This document shows positions 40,395 to 52,322 of a stretch of 64,000 nt of DNA, piece by piece. This stretch comes from an uncultured Clostridia bacterium. GTDB taxonomy: Bacteria > Bacillota > Clostridia > TANB77 > CAG-508. The stretch covers positions 32,001 to 96,000 of the forward strand of contig CAUWGC010000003.1 of the NCBI GenBank assembly GCA_963558405.1, in the 5' to 3' direction. Position 1 is the stretch's first letter. The number at the start of each line of letters is the position of its first letter. The position numbers and the translations under genes are program-made. Below the pieces are notes generated by a model. The model did not search any database. It saw nothing but the letters and a program-made list of their open reading frames with translations, and had not been told where the DNA came from.

Positions 40395-42311
40395 TTGAAA
40401 ATAAATAGACTTAAAATTAATGGATTTGGAAAATTAATAAACAAAGAAATTATTTTTTCAGATGGAATAAATATAGTAGAAGGTAAAAATGAAAGTGGGA
40501 AATCAACACTAGTAAAATATATTATCTCAATGTTATATGGCGCATCTAAAAATAAAAGAGGCAAAGATATTTCGGATATGGAAAAATATACACCATGGGG
40601 ATTGGAAGAATATTCAGGAACTATGGAGTATACATTAGATAATAAAACAGAATATGAAATATTCCGTAATTTTCAAAAAAAATCAGTTAAAATATTTGAT
40701 AAAGAAAAAGAAGATATTTCTAAACAATTTCATATTGATAAAACAAAAGGAAATGAATTTTTTTATGAACAAACTAAAATAGATGAGAATTTATTTACTT
40801 CTAGTTTTGTGTCCATGCAACAAGAATTAAAATTAAAACCAGAAGAACAAAATACACTATTACAAAAAGTAACAAATCTTGTAAGCACAGGAGAAGATAG
40901 TATTTCATTTAAAAAATCTATAGAAAAATTAAATAAAAAATTAACAGACGAAATAGGAACAAATAGAACGCAAAATAAGCCAATAAATATAATAGAAAAT
41001 AGAATAGGTGAAATTTTAAAACAGAAAGAAGAATTAAAGGAATATAAAAATATAGAAAAAGAATTAGTACAAAAAAAAGATAATTTAGAAATAGATTTAT
41101 CAAAAAAAATAGAAGAATATAATTTAAAAACAGAAATAAAAAAAATAAATGAAAATCAAAAAGCAGAATTACAAAAAATACAAATAAATGAAGAAATAAA
41201 AAAAGGAATAGAAGAAAAAGAAAAACAAAATATTAAAGAAATAGAAAATATAAAAAAAGAATTAGAAGAAAAAATAAAAAAAATAAATATTCAAAAAAAT
41301 AAAAATAAAAAAAGAAAAAATATAATATATTTTATTTTAGGAATATTTTTAATAATTATTAATATATTATCATTTGCTATATTTAAAAATAATATTTTAA
41401 GTATTATTTCAGGAATAGTAGATATAATAATTATTATATTATTTATTTTAAATATTATAAATAATAATAAGGCAGAAAAAAATAACATTTTAGAAGAAAT
41501 AAAAATACAAATAAAAAATAAAGAAAAAGAGATAGAATTATTAAAACAAAATAAACTAGAAAAAGAAGAAGAAATAAAATTATTAAAAAATAATTTAAAA
41601 CAAAAAGAAGAACAAGAAATAAATAAAATAAAAATAAAATATTTAAATAAAATAAATAATGAAATAATAGATAATATATTAAATGAAGAAAATAAAAATT
41701 ATTATGAATTAGAAGAAAAAATACAAGAAGAAAAATTAGAAATACATAAAATAAAATTAGAACAAAATAATATATTACCTAAATTAGAAAAAATTGCAGA
41801 TTTAGAAGAAGAATTAGAAAAATTAGAAGAACAAAAAGAAAATCTAAAAAATAAAATAGAAGAAATTCAGTTTGTTATAAAAACTTTAGAAGAATCATAT
41901 ATAGAAATGAAACAAAAAGTAGTTCCAAAATTTACATTAAATTTATCTAATACAATAGAAAAAATATCTTCAGGCAAATACAAAACAGTAAAAATAAATG
42001 AAAATAATTCATTAATAATAGAAGCAGAAAATGGAGATTATATCTCAATAGATTTATTAAGTATTGGAACAATAGATCAGCTATATTTATCTTTAAGATT
42101 ATCAATACTAAAAGAAATAACAGAAGAAAAAATTCCAATAATATTAGATGAATCTTTTGCATATTTTGATACTGAAAGATTAAAAAATATATTAAAGTAT
42201 ATTAATGATGAATTAAAGGAAAATCAAATTATTATTTTTACATGTACAAAAAGAGAAGAAAATATATTAAAAGAATTAAATATAAATTTCAAAAAAATAG
42301 AGTTAATATAA
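40395..42311 (+). CDS. SbcC/Rad50-like (YhaN-type) ATPase with internal TM pair and coiled coils
   Basis: GKNESGKST, LSIGTIDQLYLSLRL, ILDESFAYFD and QIIIFTC motifs. Confidence 0.85.
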   Translation: MKINRLKINGFGKLINKEIIFSDGINIVEGKNESGKSTLVKYIISMLYGASKNKRGKDISDMEKYTPWGLEEYSGTMEYTLDNKTEYEIFRNFQKKSVKIFDKEKEDISKQFHIDKTKGNEFFYEQTKIDENLFTSSFVSMQQELKLKPEEQNTLLQKVTNLVSTGEDSISFKKSIEKLNKKLTDEIGTNRTQNKPINIIENRIGEILKQKEELKEYKNIEKELVQKKDNLEIDLSKKIEEYNLKTEIKKINENQKAELQKIQINEEIKKGIEEKEKQNIKEIENIKKELEEKIKKINIQKNKNKKRKNIIYFILGIFLIIINILSFAIFKNNILSIISGIVDIIIIILFILNIINNNKAEKNNILEEIKIQIKNKEKEIELLKQNKLEKEEEIKLLKNNLKQKEEQEINKIKIKYLNKINNEIIDNILNEENKNYYELEEKIQEEKLEIHKIKLEQNNILPKLEKIADLEEELEKLEEQKENLKNKIEEIQFVIKTLEESYIEMKQKVVPKFTLNLSNTIEKISSGKYKTVKINENNSLIIEAENGDYISIDLLSIGTIDQLYLSLRLSILKEITEEKIPIILDESFAYFDTERLKNILKYINDELKENQIIIFTCTKREENILKELNINFKKIELI

Positions 42312-42412
42312 ACTCTATTTTTTTGAAAGAGGAACTTTTAAATACTGGTTGAAAAAAATGGAAAAATGATATATAATAAAAAAGGAAATTAAGACAATAA
42401 AGGAGAATTTTT

Positions 42413-43474
42413 ATGTTTCAAAAATTAGATGCTGTAGAAAAAAGATACGAAGAATTAACAAAATTAATTAGTGATCCAGAAATTATTGCAAATCATTCAG
42501 AATGGCAAAAATTAATGAAAGAACATGCTTCTATTGCAGAAATAGTTGAAAAATATAGAGAATATAAAAAAGTAAATAAACAAATAGACGAAGCTAAATC
42601 AATGTTAGATGATAAAGAACTAAAAGAGTTAGCACAAATGGAATTAGATGAAGCAAGAGAAAAACTTCCTAAAATAGAAGATGAATTAAAAATTCTTTTA
42701 CTACCAAAAGATCCAAATGATGATAAAAACGTAATATGTGAAATTCGTGCAGGTGCGGGTGGAGAAGAAGCTGCTCTTTTTGCAGGTACATTATTTCGTA
42801 TGTATAGTATGTATGCAGAAAGAAAACATTGGAAATTAGAAGTATTAAATGAAAACGAAACAGGATTAGGTGGCTATAAAGAAATATCATTTATGATTAC
42901 TGGTAAAGGAGCATATAGTAGATTAAAATATGAAAGTGGAGTACACCGTGTACAAAGGGTGCCAGATACAGAAAGCAGTGGAAGAATTCATACATCTACT
43001 GTAACTGTTGCAGTACTTCCAGAAGTAGAAGATGTAGAAGTAGAAATAAATCCTGCTGATGTAAAAATGGAAGTATTTAGAGCTTCAGGTGCAGGTGGAC
43101 AACATATTAATAAAACTTCATCAGCTGTAAGACTTATTCACATTCCAACAGGAATGGTAGCAGAATGTCAAACAGAAAGATCACAAGTACAAAATAGAGA
43201 ATATGCAATGCGTATGCTACGTTCTAGATTATTTGAAATAAAACAAAGAGAACAAGATGAAAAAATTGCAAATGAAAGAAAGAGTCAAGTAGGAAATGGT
43301 GACAGAAGTGAAAAGATAAGAACATATAATTACCCTCAGGGTAGAATTACAGACCATAGAATAGGACTTAGTATTTATCAAATGGAAGATTTCCTAAATG
43401 GAAACCTAGAAGAAATGATAGATAGTTTAATTACAGCAGATAGAGCAGAAAAGTTAAAAGGTGACGAAGAATAA
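42413..43474 (+). CDS. prfA: Peptide chain release factor 1
   Basis: [21 protein letters not shown] (PxT), GAGGQH and IRTYNYPQ motifs. Confidence 0.97.
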   Translation: MFQKLDAVEKRYEELTKLISDPEIIANHSEWQKLMKEHASIAEIVEKYREYKKVNKQIDEAKSMLDDKELKELAQMELDEAREKLPKIEDELKILLLPKDPNDDKNVICEIRAGAGGEEAALFAGTLFRMYSMYAERKHWKLEVLNENETGLGGYKEISFMITGKGAYSRLKYESGVHRVQRVPDTESSGRIHTSTVTVAVLPEVEDVEVEINPADVKMEVFRASGAGGQHINKTSSAVRLIHIPTGMVAECQTERSQVQNREYAMRMLRSRLFEIKQREQDEKIANERKSQVGNGDRSEKIRTYNYPQGRITDHRIGLSIYQMEDFLNGNLEEMIDSLITADRAEKLKGDEE

Positions 43475-43540
43475 ATTGTAATAAAAAGGACTTCTAAAAA
43501 ATAAACTAAAGTAAAAGTTTATTTTAAAGGAGTCTTTTTT

Positions 43541-44282
43541 ATGTGTGATTTATTAAAAACAACATTAATAGGTTTATTTTTTGGAACATTTGGAACAACA
43601 ATTGGAGGAATTATAGGGATTACTTTTAAAAGAACCTCACACAAATTTTTAAGTTTTATTTTAGCTTTTGCTTCTCGGATTAATGCTTGCAATTGTGTGT
43701 TTTGACTTAATACCTGAAGCATTAGAGTTAACCAATTTAGGATATATATTTAGTGGATTATTTATAGGTATTATATCAATGATTATTTGTGATATTCTAA
43801 TACAAAAAAAGTTTAATATTAATAACTTAAAAAATAAAGAAAGTACATTATTAAAAACAGGTATTATTGTAAGTATAGGGCTAGCACTTCATAATTTTCC
43901 AGAAGGTTTAGCAATAGGTTCAGGATTTGGAGCATCAATAAGTTTAGGATATTCATTAGCTCTAGCAATTGCATTACATGATATACCAGAAGGAATATCT
44001 ATGGCAGTACCTATGAAAAATGGGGGAATGAAACCAATAAAGGTTCTATTTTACGTAATATTATCTGGAATTACTACAGGGATAGGAGCTTTTTTTGGAG
44101 CAATTATTGGAAATATCTCTCAAAATATTATAGCAATTTGTTTATCATTTGCAGCAGGTGCAATGCTTTATATAGTATCAGGAGAATTAACACCAGAGTA
44201 TAATAATTTATACAAAGGAAAATTATCAGCAATAGGAAATATTTTGGGTTTTTTAATAGGAATGTTAGCAATGAAAATATAA
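43541..44282 (+). CDS. ZIP family (GufA/ZupT-like) metal transporter, needs a +1 shift at CGG (43676-43678); 246 aa when joined
   Basis: AAGGAG RBS, ATG at 43541; LAFAS-(C)-GLML; HNFPEG, LHDIPEG and FAAGAMLYI motifs. Confidence 0.88.
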
Positions 44283-44289
44283 AAAAAAT

Positions 44290-46260
44290 TAATATTAAAT
44301 TTAAAAATAAATATATAATAATTAAATAAAAATTAGTTTTAAAAATGTTTAATAAATTAAAAATAAATATTAAAATATAACAAATAAAATTATTAAAAAT
44401 AATCAATAAAAAATTAATTTAATTAAAATAATAAATTTAAATTATTTTCTTGTAAATTTTAAATTAAAAAATATATTAAAGATTATAAAATATAAATTAA
44501 ATAATAAATAAAAAATATTTTATAACAATAAATAAAGGATAAAATATTATATTAAATAAAAAATAATAAGCATGAGATATAAAATATGTAGAAAATAGCA
44601 AAATATATATGGAATAAATAGGAAATAGAAGTTAAGTTATAGTTAAGAAAATAATGATAGAACAATAACATTATGTAAAGAAAGAAAAAATAATTAAGTT
44701 TAGTTATAAGATAAAAGATTAACAGATAAGCTTCATAAATAAACTTTAAGTAATGAGAAAAGTAGAATCAAGAATTATAAAAGAACAAATCTTAAAGTAT
44801 CAAAAAAAGATGATAAAAACATTGGGGATTTAGTAGTTAGAGGTGAATTTTATATGTATGTGAAAAAGGTTACATAAATAAAGAAAAACAATGTAGAGAA
44901 AAAATAAGATTTAATTTATGAAAGAGTAACAATTTTATAAAGTAAATACATTACTACATAAAAGTTGCAATATTGACAATAAAAAATTCGAGAGTAAAAT
45001 ATTTAATATGATGATAATAATTGAAGTATAAAGATACTAATTTAAGAAATATAATTTAAATTATATTTTTAAATAGAAAAATAAAAATATTCAAAAAAAA
45101 TAATAATTTTATAAAATACTACTAATATATATTAATAATAAAAATTCAAATATAAAATAAAGTTAATAAAAATAGTAAATATAAAAAATAAAAATAAATT
45201 TAAAAGTAATTAAAAATTATTTAAAAAATTTAAAATATAAAATTAAAAAATATAAAAATGAAATTAATAAAAAATTATGCAAAATTAAAATTAAAAATTT
45301 GCATAATTTTTTTAAATAAAAATAATTAATAAAATAATAGTAAATAAAATTTTTAATAAAATAAAAAATTAGAATAAAAAAACTATTTAATTAAAATAAT
45401 AGAATTAAATAATTTTTTTTAAATCTAAATATAAAAAAATATAATAAAATCTATAATATAAAAATTAAACAGTAAATAAAAAATATTTAAAAAAATAAAT
45501 AAGGCATAAAATATAATATTAAATAAAAAATTCAAAGTAATTAAGTATATAATATGTGAAAAACAGTAAAAAATATCTGGAATAAAAAGGAAATAAAATC
45601 TAAATTAGAGGTAGGATATCAATCATATTACTATCACTTTATGTAAAGAATATAAAAAACATTAAGTATAGTTATATAAAAAAATATTAATAGATAAGTT
45701 ATATAAATATGCTTTTTGTAATGAGAAAAAGTGAAGTAAGAATTATAAAAGAATAAATCTAAAAGTATCAAAAAAAGAAGATAAAAATATTGGGGATTTA
45801 GTAGTTAGAAGTAAATTTTATAGGTAAGTGAAAAAGGTTACATAAATAAAAAAACAATGTAGAGAAAAAATAAAATTTAATTTATGAAAGAACAACAATT
45901 TTATAAAGAAAATAGAATAAGGACTAAAAATTGTAATATTGACAATAAAAAATATGATGGCAAAATATTAGATGATAACAACAGATAAAAGAATAAAAAT
46001 ACTCAACAAAGAAATATTAAAAATTTAATTAAATTTACTAAGATATGTTAATGATAAAATTTATATATAAAATAAAGTTAAAAAAATATTAACTAAAAAA
46101 ATAAAAATAGTTTTAATCAAAATTAAAATAAATTATAAAAATTAATTCATTTAAAATCATTTAATAAATTTAAAATAAAAAAATGAAATAAATAAAAAAT
46201 ATACAAAATTAAAAAATAAAAAATTGTGTAAAAAGTTATTAATAAAAATTAAATTAAAAA
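44290..46260. repeat. Diverged direct duplication of a ~970-bp non-coding AT-rich unit
   Basis: TTATGTAAA at 44671/45639, ATTGGGGATTTAGTAGTTAGA at 44821/45789 and GGTTACATAAA at 44868/45836, all offset by 968 bp. Confidence 0.85.
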
Positions 46261-46405
46261 TAAAAATTTTTTTTATAATAATTATCCAATAATTTAAAAT
46301 AAATAAAACAATATAAAATTAATAATAATATAAATATTTTTTATATATATTTCTAAAACTATTGCGTGCATATAAATTAACTTGATATAATGTTTTAGGA
46401 AAGGT

Positions 46406-46873
46406 GTGAAAAAATTGAAAATAATGTTTGTTTGTACAGGAAATACTTGTAGAAGTGCTATGGCAGAAGCAATTTTTAAAGATTTAGCTGTAAAAAATAA
46501 TATATCTGCAGATGTATTTTCATGTGGTATTTTTGCTGTAGATGGAGAAAAAGCTACAAATATGGCCATTAAGGCGATGGAAAATATAGGGATAGATTTA
46601 AATAATCATTTGGCTACTAATATAAATAATAGTGATATAAATAATATGGATGTTATTTTGTGTGCTACAAAAGAGCATAAAAGGTTAGTTAAAGAGATGT
46701 ATCCTAATTTAAAAGAAAAAATATTTACAATAAAGGAATATGCATATGGTTTAGATATAGAATATAAAGATATAAAAGATCCTTGGGGATATTCTTTGGA
46801 AACATATGTAAAAGTAGAAAAAGAACTTGAAGAATGTATAAAAAAGATAATATTAAAGTTAAAAAATAAATAA
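46406..46873 (+). CDS. Low-molecular-weight protein tyrosine/arginine phosphatase
   Basis: FVCTGNTCRS.MAE and DIKDPWG motifs. Confidence 0.9.
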   Translation: MKKLKIMFVCTGNTCRSAMAEAIFKDLAVKNNISADVFSCGIFAVDGEKATNMAIKAMENIGIDLNNHLATNINNSDINNMDVILCATKEHKRLVKEMYPNLKEKIFTIKEYAYGLDIEYKDIKDPWGYSLETYVKVEKELEECIKKIILKLKNK

Positions 46874-46940
46874 AAAAATATTGTAAAAAAATTAAAAATA
46901 GAATATAATACAAACATAAATTCGTATAAGGAGAAATAAA

Positions 46941-49239
46941 ATGATAGATTTAATAGAAGGATTAAATAATAAACAAAAAGAAGCAGTTTTACAAACAGAT
47001 GGACCTTGCCTTGTTATTGCAGGTGCTGGTAGTGGTAAAACTAAAGTATTAACACATAAAATAGCGTATTTAGTGGGTGAAAAAAATGTAGCACCATGGA
47101 ATATATTAGCAATTACATTTACAAATAAAGCTGCAAATGAAATGAAAGAAAGAATAGGAAAATTAGTTGGAGATATTGCAAATGATATGTGGCTTGGTAC
47201 ATTCCATTCAATATGTGTTAGAATTTTAAGAAAATATATAAATTGTATTGGGTATGATAATTCATTTGTTATATTTGATACCACAGATCAAAAGAGCATG
47301 GTAAAAGCATGTTTAAAAGAATTACAAATAGATGATAAGCTTTTTAATGAAAGAGCAGTTCTTTCTGAAATTAGTAATGCCAAAAATGAAATGTTAGAAC
47401 CAGATCAATATGTAGCAAGAAGTGTGGGAGATTATAGAAAAGAGACCATAGGAAAAATTTATACTTTATATCAAAAGCGTTTAAAAGAAAATAACGCAAT
47501 AGATTTTGATGATATAATTAATTTTACTATTAAAATATTATTAGAAAATCCAGAAGCACTAGATTATTATTCTAGTAAATTTCATTATGTGTTGGTAGAT
47601 GAATACCAAGATACTAATAAAGCACAATTTACTCTTATAACCATCTTAGCTTCAAGATATGGAAATATTACGGTAGTAGGAGATAATGATCAAGGAATTT
47701 ATAGTTTTAGACGGAGCAGATATTAGTAATATTTTAAATTTTGAAAAAGATTTTCCAGGAACTAAAATAATAAAATTGGAACAAAATTATAGATGTACTG
47801 GAAATATATTAAAGGCTGCAAATGCTGTAATTAAAAATAATGAAAATAAGTATGAAAAAAAGCTATGGACAGAGAATGAAGAAGGATGTAAACCAGAGAT
47901 ATATTCAGCAGATAACGAATATGATGAGGCAACATATATTGTAAATCAAATAAATCACTTAAAAAGAGAAGAATACTATAAAAATTCAGATTTTACTGTA
48001 TTATATCGTATGAATACTCAATCAAGAGCAATTGAAGATATTTTTAGAAGAGAAGATATACCATATAAAATTATTGGAGGATTAAAATTCTATGAAAGAA
48101 AAGAAATAAAAGATATTATTGCATATTTGCGTTTAATTCATAATTCTTCCGATAATTTAAGTCTAAGAAGAATTATAAATGAACCTAAAAGAGGCGTGGG
48201 AAATACTAGTTTAGATAAAATAGCATTAATTTCAGAACAAACTGGAAAGTCTATGTATGAAATAATAAAAAATGCAGAACAATATGATTTAAATAGAGTA
48301 TTCTTAAATACAAGAGAATTTGTTCAAACAATGGAAGAATTAATTGCAAAAAAAGATTCTATGAGTATTTCAGAATTAATAAAAGAGACTTTAAATAAAA
48401 CAGGATATACCAAAGCTCTAGAAAAAGAGGAAACTCAAGAAGCAGAAAATAGAATTGAGAACTTAGAAGAGTTTTTAACAGTAGCAATAGAATTTGAAGA
48501 AGAGTCAGCAGAAAATAATTTAGCAGAATTTTTAGAAGGTATTACTTTATCTAGTGATGTAGATTCATTAGAAGAAACAGAAGATAGTGTTACTATGATG
48601 ACACTTCATAGTGCAAAAGGATTAGAATTTCCAGTAGTATTCTTAGTAGGAATGGAGGAAGGAATTTTTCCAGGATATCGTTCTATAGGAGAACAAAAAG
48701 AATTAGAAGAAGAGAGAAGACTTTGTTATGTAGGAATAACAAGAGCAAAAGAGCATTTATTTTTAAGTTTTGCAAAACAAAGGACTATGTTTGGTTCTAC
48801 TTCTTGTAATAATCCTTCTAGATTTTTAAAAGAAATTCCACAAGATTTATTAGAAGGATACGAACAAGCATTAGGAAGCAATGATAGAAAAAATATTTTT
48901 GAAGATAAAAATATTTCTTGGAGCTATGGAAATACAAAACAAAATAATGTAATAACATATAAGGATGAAACAGTAAAAATAGGAAGTAAAATAGGAAATC
49001 AAGTATTTGCATTTAAATCAGCAGAAAGCTTTTTAAATGGTTTAAATAAAAAGCAAAAAGAAGAAGTAGATTTATCTCAATACAAAGCTGGAGAACGAGT
49101 TTATCATAAAAAGTTTGGAGAAGGAACTATTAATAAGGTAGAACAAGAAGGAGAAGATTTAAAAGTAGATATTATGTTTGATAAATCTGGACATAAAAGA
49201 TTAATGGCAAAATTTGCAGGGTTAGAAATAATAGGATAG
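46941..49239 (+). CDS. pcrA: ATP-dependent DNA helicase PcrA, needs a +1 shift at CGG (47712-47714); 765 aa when joined
   Basis: AGAGSGKT, TFTNKAA, DEYQDTN, GDNDQGIYSFR-(C)-GADISNI, LEQNYR, TLHSAKGLEF and EERRLCYVGITRA motifs. Confidence 0.93.
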
Positions 49240-49249
49240 GAGTTTAATA

Positions 49250-49807
49250 ATGAAAAAATTATTAATAGATATGGATGATGTTATTTGTGAAGGAAACTTT
49301 TTGACTTTAGCAAATAAATTCTTAAATACAAATTACAAAAAAGAAGATTTAAAAGATTTTTACATTCAACATATTATTCCAGAAGAAAAAAGAGAGGAAT
49401 GGATTAAATTTTTTAGAAATCATAATAGTTATGATTATGTTGTATTTGTGCCAGATGCTTATGAAGTAATAGAAAAATTAAATAGTATTTATGACATATA
49501 TATTGTAACTGCTTATATTATAAAAGAAGACAAAGAGTTTGCAGGTACATATCTAAAATATAAATATGATTGGTTATATAAAAATATGCCATTTATACCA
49601 CCAGAAAAATATATTTTTTGTAGTAATAAACATATAGTAGATGGTGATATTAGAATAGATGATAGAATAGAAAATTTAACAGGAAAATCAGAAACAAAAT
49701 TATTGTTTACTGCATATCACAATAAAAAAATAGAAAAAAGTACTTTAACAGATAATAATATAATTCGTGTAAATAATTGGAAAGAAATAGAAAAATTATT
49801 AATATAA
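49250..49807 (+). CDS. 5'(3')-deoxyribonucleotidase (NT5C, HAD family)
   Basis: IDMDDV, IVTA, K..WL, IDD, LFTAYHN and RVNNW motifs. Confidence 0.85.
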   Translation: MKKLLIDMDDVICEGNFLTLANKFLNTNYKKEDLKDFYIQHIIPEEKREEWIKFFRNHNSYDYVVFVPDAYEVIEKLNSIYDIYIVTAYIIKEDKEFAGTYLKYKYDWLYKNMPFIPPEKYIFCSNKHIVDGDIRIDDRIENLTGKSETKLLFTAYHNKKIEKSTLTDNNIIRVNNWKEIEKLLI

Positions 49808-49931
49808 AATTAAAAAACAGAAAAATAAAAAATATTTTTCTGTTTTTTTATAAAATTATTATTTTACTTGTATAAAAATATAAAAAAAGAAGATAATAAA
49901 AGTATGAAAATTAAGAAAGGAAGATGAAAAA

Positions 49932-50120
49932 ATGACAAATTTAAATCAAGTAGAACTTCAAAATTTACGACATTTAATAGGTGCACATGAAACTTCTTAT
50001 CAAAAATTAAATAATTATGCATCAACTTGTGTAGACCCACAAATTAAGCAGATGTTTAGTAAATCAGCACAAGATGCTTTAAATACAAAACAAAAATTAA
50101 TGTCATTTTTAAATAATTAA
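49932..50120 (+). CDS. Small spore coat-associated (ferritin-like) protein
   Basis: ELQNLRHLI...KL..YA..C.DPQIKQMF pattern; paired with the downstream Coat F-like gene. Confidence 0.7.
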   Translation: MTNLNQVELQNLRHLIGAHETSYQKLNNYASTCVDPQIKQMFSKSAQDALNTKQKLMSFLNN

Positions 50121-50133
50121 TAAGGAGGAAAAA

Positions 50134-50379
50134 ATGGACGAGAAAACTATGGTAAATGATATTTTATCAGGAGTAAAGAATGATTTAAATGCATATCAAA
50201 CTGCTATTTCAGAATGTGAAAATATGCAATTAAGACAGACACTTCAACAAATTAGAAATAATGACGAAAGTTTCCAATACGAATTATTTAAAGTAGCACA
50301 AGCAAAAGGATATTATAAACCAGCAGATAAGGTTAATAATATAGAAATTCAAAATGTAAAAAATGAATTGCAACAATAA
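50134..50379 (+). CDS. Coat F domain spore coat protein
   Basis: D.L..VK.....Y..AISEC.N..LR...QYELFK....KGYY pattern. Confidence 0.8.
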   Translation: MDEKTMVNDILSGVKNDLNAYQTAISECENMQLRQTLQQIRNNDESFQYELFKVAQAKGYYKPADKVNNIEIQNVKNELQQ

Positions 50380-50638
50380 TTAAAAACAAATTAATAAAAG
50401 TAGAAAGAAAAATATCTTTCTACTTTTATTTTTATATAAAAAGAAGTTTTAATATTAAATAAAAGATATATAATAAATTTTAAAAACAAGAGAAATTGAA
50501 AAAAAATAAGATTAAAAACAAGAAAAAACTTACGGAAATAAGATTAATAAAAAAATTTAAGAGTATTTAGTAATTGTAATAATAAGTAATGTAATATACA
50601 ATATAAAAAAATTATGATGTAAAATAAATATAAAGGGG

Positions 50639-51661
50639 TTGTTTAAGATTAGTACAAATATAAAAAAAGTAGTAGTACATATTAGAACATCTGTAAAATT
50701 GATTCTATTAATATTACTATCTTTATTTATTATAGTTGGAATTGTCACATTATTTTATAAACCAATATATCGTGTAACATTAAAAGGAGAGCATATTGGA
50801 TATACTGAAAATAGAGAAATGTTACAAGAAAAATTTAGCAAGTATTTAAATCATGGGGACAGTAGCATACCAAATTCAGCTTTTGCCCAAATTGAAGAAT
50901 TACCTAGATATAGTATGTGTCTTCTAAAAAAAGGAATTGTAACAAATGATGAGGAAATATATCAAAAAGTATTAGATATTAGTACACTATATTATAGATA
51001 TTATGCAATCACAGATAATGGAGAAGAAAAATATTATACATCTACTTTTGAAGAAGCTGAATCAGCTATAAACGAATTAAAAGAAAAAAATAGCACAAAT
51101 AAAGATAAATTAGCAATTGCAGAAAAATATTCAAAAGATTTAAAAACTTTTGATACAAAAGATACAATCGTATCAAAGTTATATGTAGAACCAGTAAAAG
51201 AAATAAAAGTAGCAAGTACATATAAATCAACAGGTACAACAAGTAGTTTAAAAGGATCAAATACATCTAGTAAAAAAGTTGCTTTAGGAACTACATTAAT
51301 TAGACCAGTATCTGGGACAATATCTTCAAGATATGGTAGAAGAAGTAGTGGAATGCATACAGGAATTGATATTGCAGCACCAAATGGAACAACAATTAAA
51401 GCAGCAGCTTCGGGAACAGTTACATTTTCAGGAGGAAATCCTAATAGAAGTTATGGATATTATATAATAATTTCACATGGAAACGGAGTACAAACTTATT
51501 ATTGTCACTGTAGTAAACTTTTAGTATCAGCGGGAACAAAAGTATCTCAGGGGCAACCAATAGCAAAAGTGGGGAAAACTGGAAATGCAACGGGAAATCA
51601 TTTACACTTTGAAATAAGAGTAAATGGAGTTACACAAAATCCACAAAATTACGTATATTAA
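50639..51661 (+). CDS. M23 family metallopeptidase with N-terminal TM
   Basis: HTGIDIA, YG, YCH and TGNATGNHLHFEIR motifs; start codon uncertain. Confidence 0.9.
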   Translation: MFKISTNIKKVVVHIRTSVKLILLILLSLFIIVGIVTLFYKPIYRVTLKGEHIGYTENREMLQEKFSKYLNHGDSSIPNSAFAQIEELPRYSMCLLKKGIVTNDEEIYQKVLDISTLYYRYYAITDNGEEKYYTSTFEEAESAINELKEKNSTNKDKLAIAEKYSKDLKTFDTKDTIVSKLYVEPVKEIKVASTYKSTGTTSSLKGSNTSSKKVALGTTLIRPVSGTISSRYGRRSSGMHTGIDIAAPNGTTIKAAASGTVTFSGGNPNRSYGYYIIISHGNGVQTYYCHCSKLLVSAGTKVSQGQPIAKVGKTGNATGNHLHFEIRVNGVTQNPQNYVY

Positions 51662-51685
51662 AAAACACTTCATATAAGAAGTGTT

Positions 51686-52322
51686 TTATTTTTTTGAAAA
51701 AAATTGTTTTCCGGTTTTTAATGCATTGTGTTTAATAATTAATTTACCATGTTCTTGGAGTTTACTTTTAAATAACTCACCATTATGTATATTAGTTGCA
51801 AATTCACTGATACAAGAATGAAACTGAATAATTTTTTCAGGAGGAACATGCAAATCAGAAAAAAGTAAATAATAATTATTATCATATTCATACAACAATA
51901 TTTTTTTAGCTATTTTAAACATAAAATTGAAAGAAGAAGATTCTAGAAAATTGCATAACTCGCAAAAATCATCAAAATCAGAAAAAAGATAAATAGCAGT
52001 TGTAGAATGTATATTATATGTTTTTCTTTTTATATGTAATGTTTTTCTTTTATAAATATTTTTTGGCTTATTTACAGGACTCATTCTGGTTACAGTAAAT
52101 ACAAAATTACCATCTAAAGTTGCCAATGCTTCAATTCTAATTTGATAGTTTTTAGTAACAAATCCAACTTCTTCTTCAGCTTTTTCTAATAAGTTTAAGA
52201 ACAAATCTTGTGTTTCTAAAGAATTTGCCATAAAAGAATGTATATCAATATTTTTTTCATCCAAGTCCTGTTTATTTAATGTTATTCTTATTTTATTATC
52301 ACCGAAGCTTCTCAAATCTCAC
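51686..52322 (-). CDS. mecA: Adaptor protein MecA family, probably needs a +1 shift at CGG (52302-52304); 211 aa when joined
   Basis: GGGGG RBS, GTG at 52322: MRFEKL-(C)-GDNKIRITL...DL; F.DFDD, LY.Y...YYL, SEF and L.EHGKLII..NAL motifs. Confidence 0.8.
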
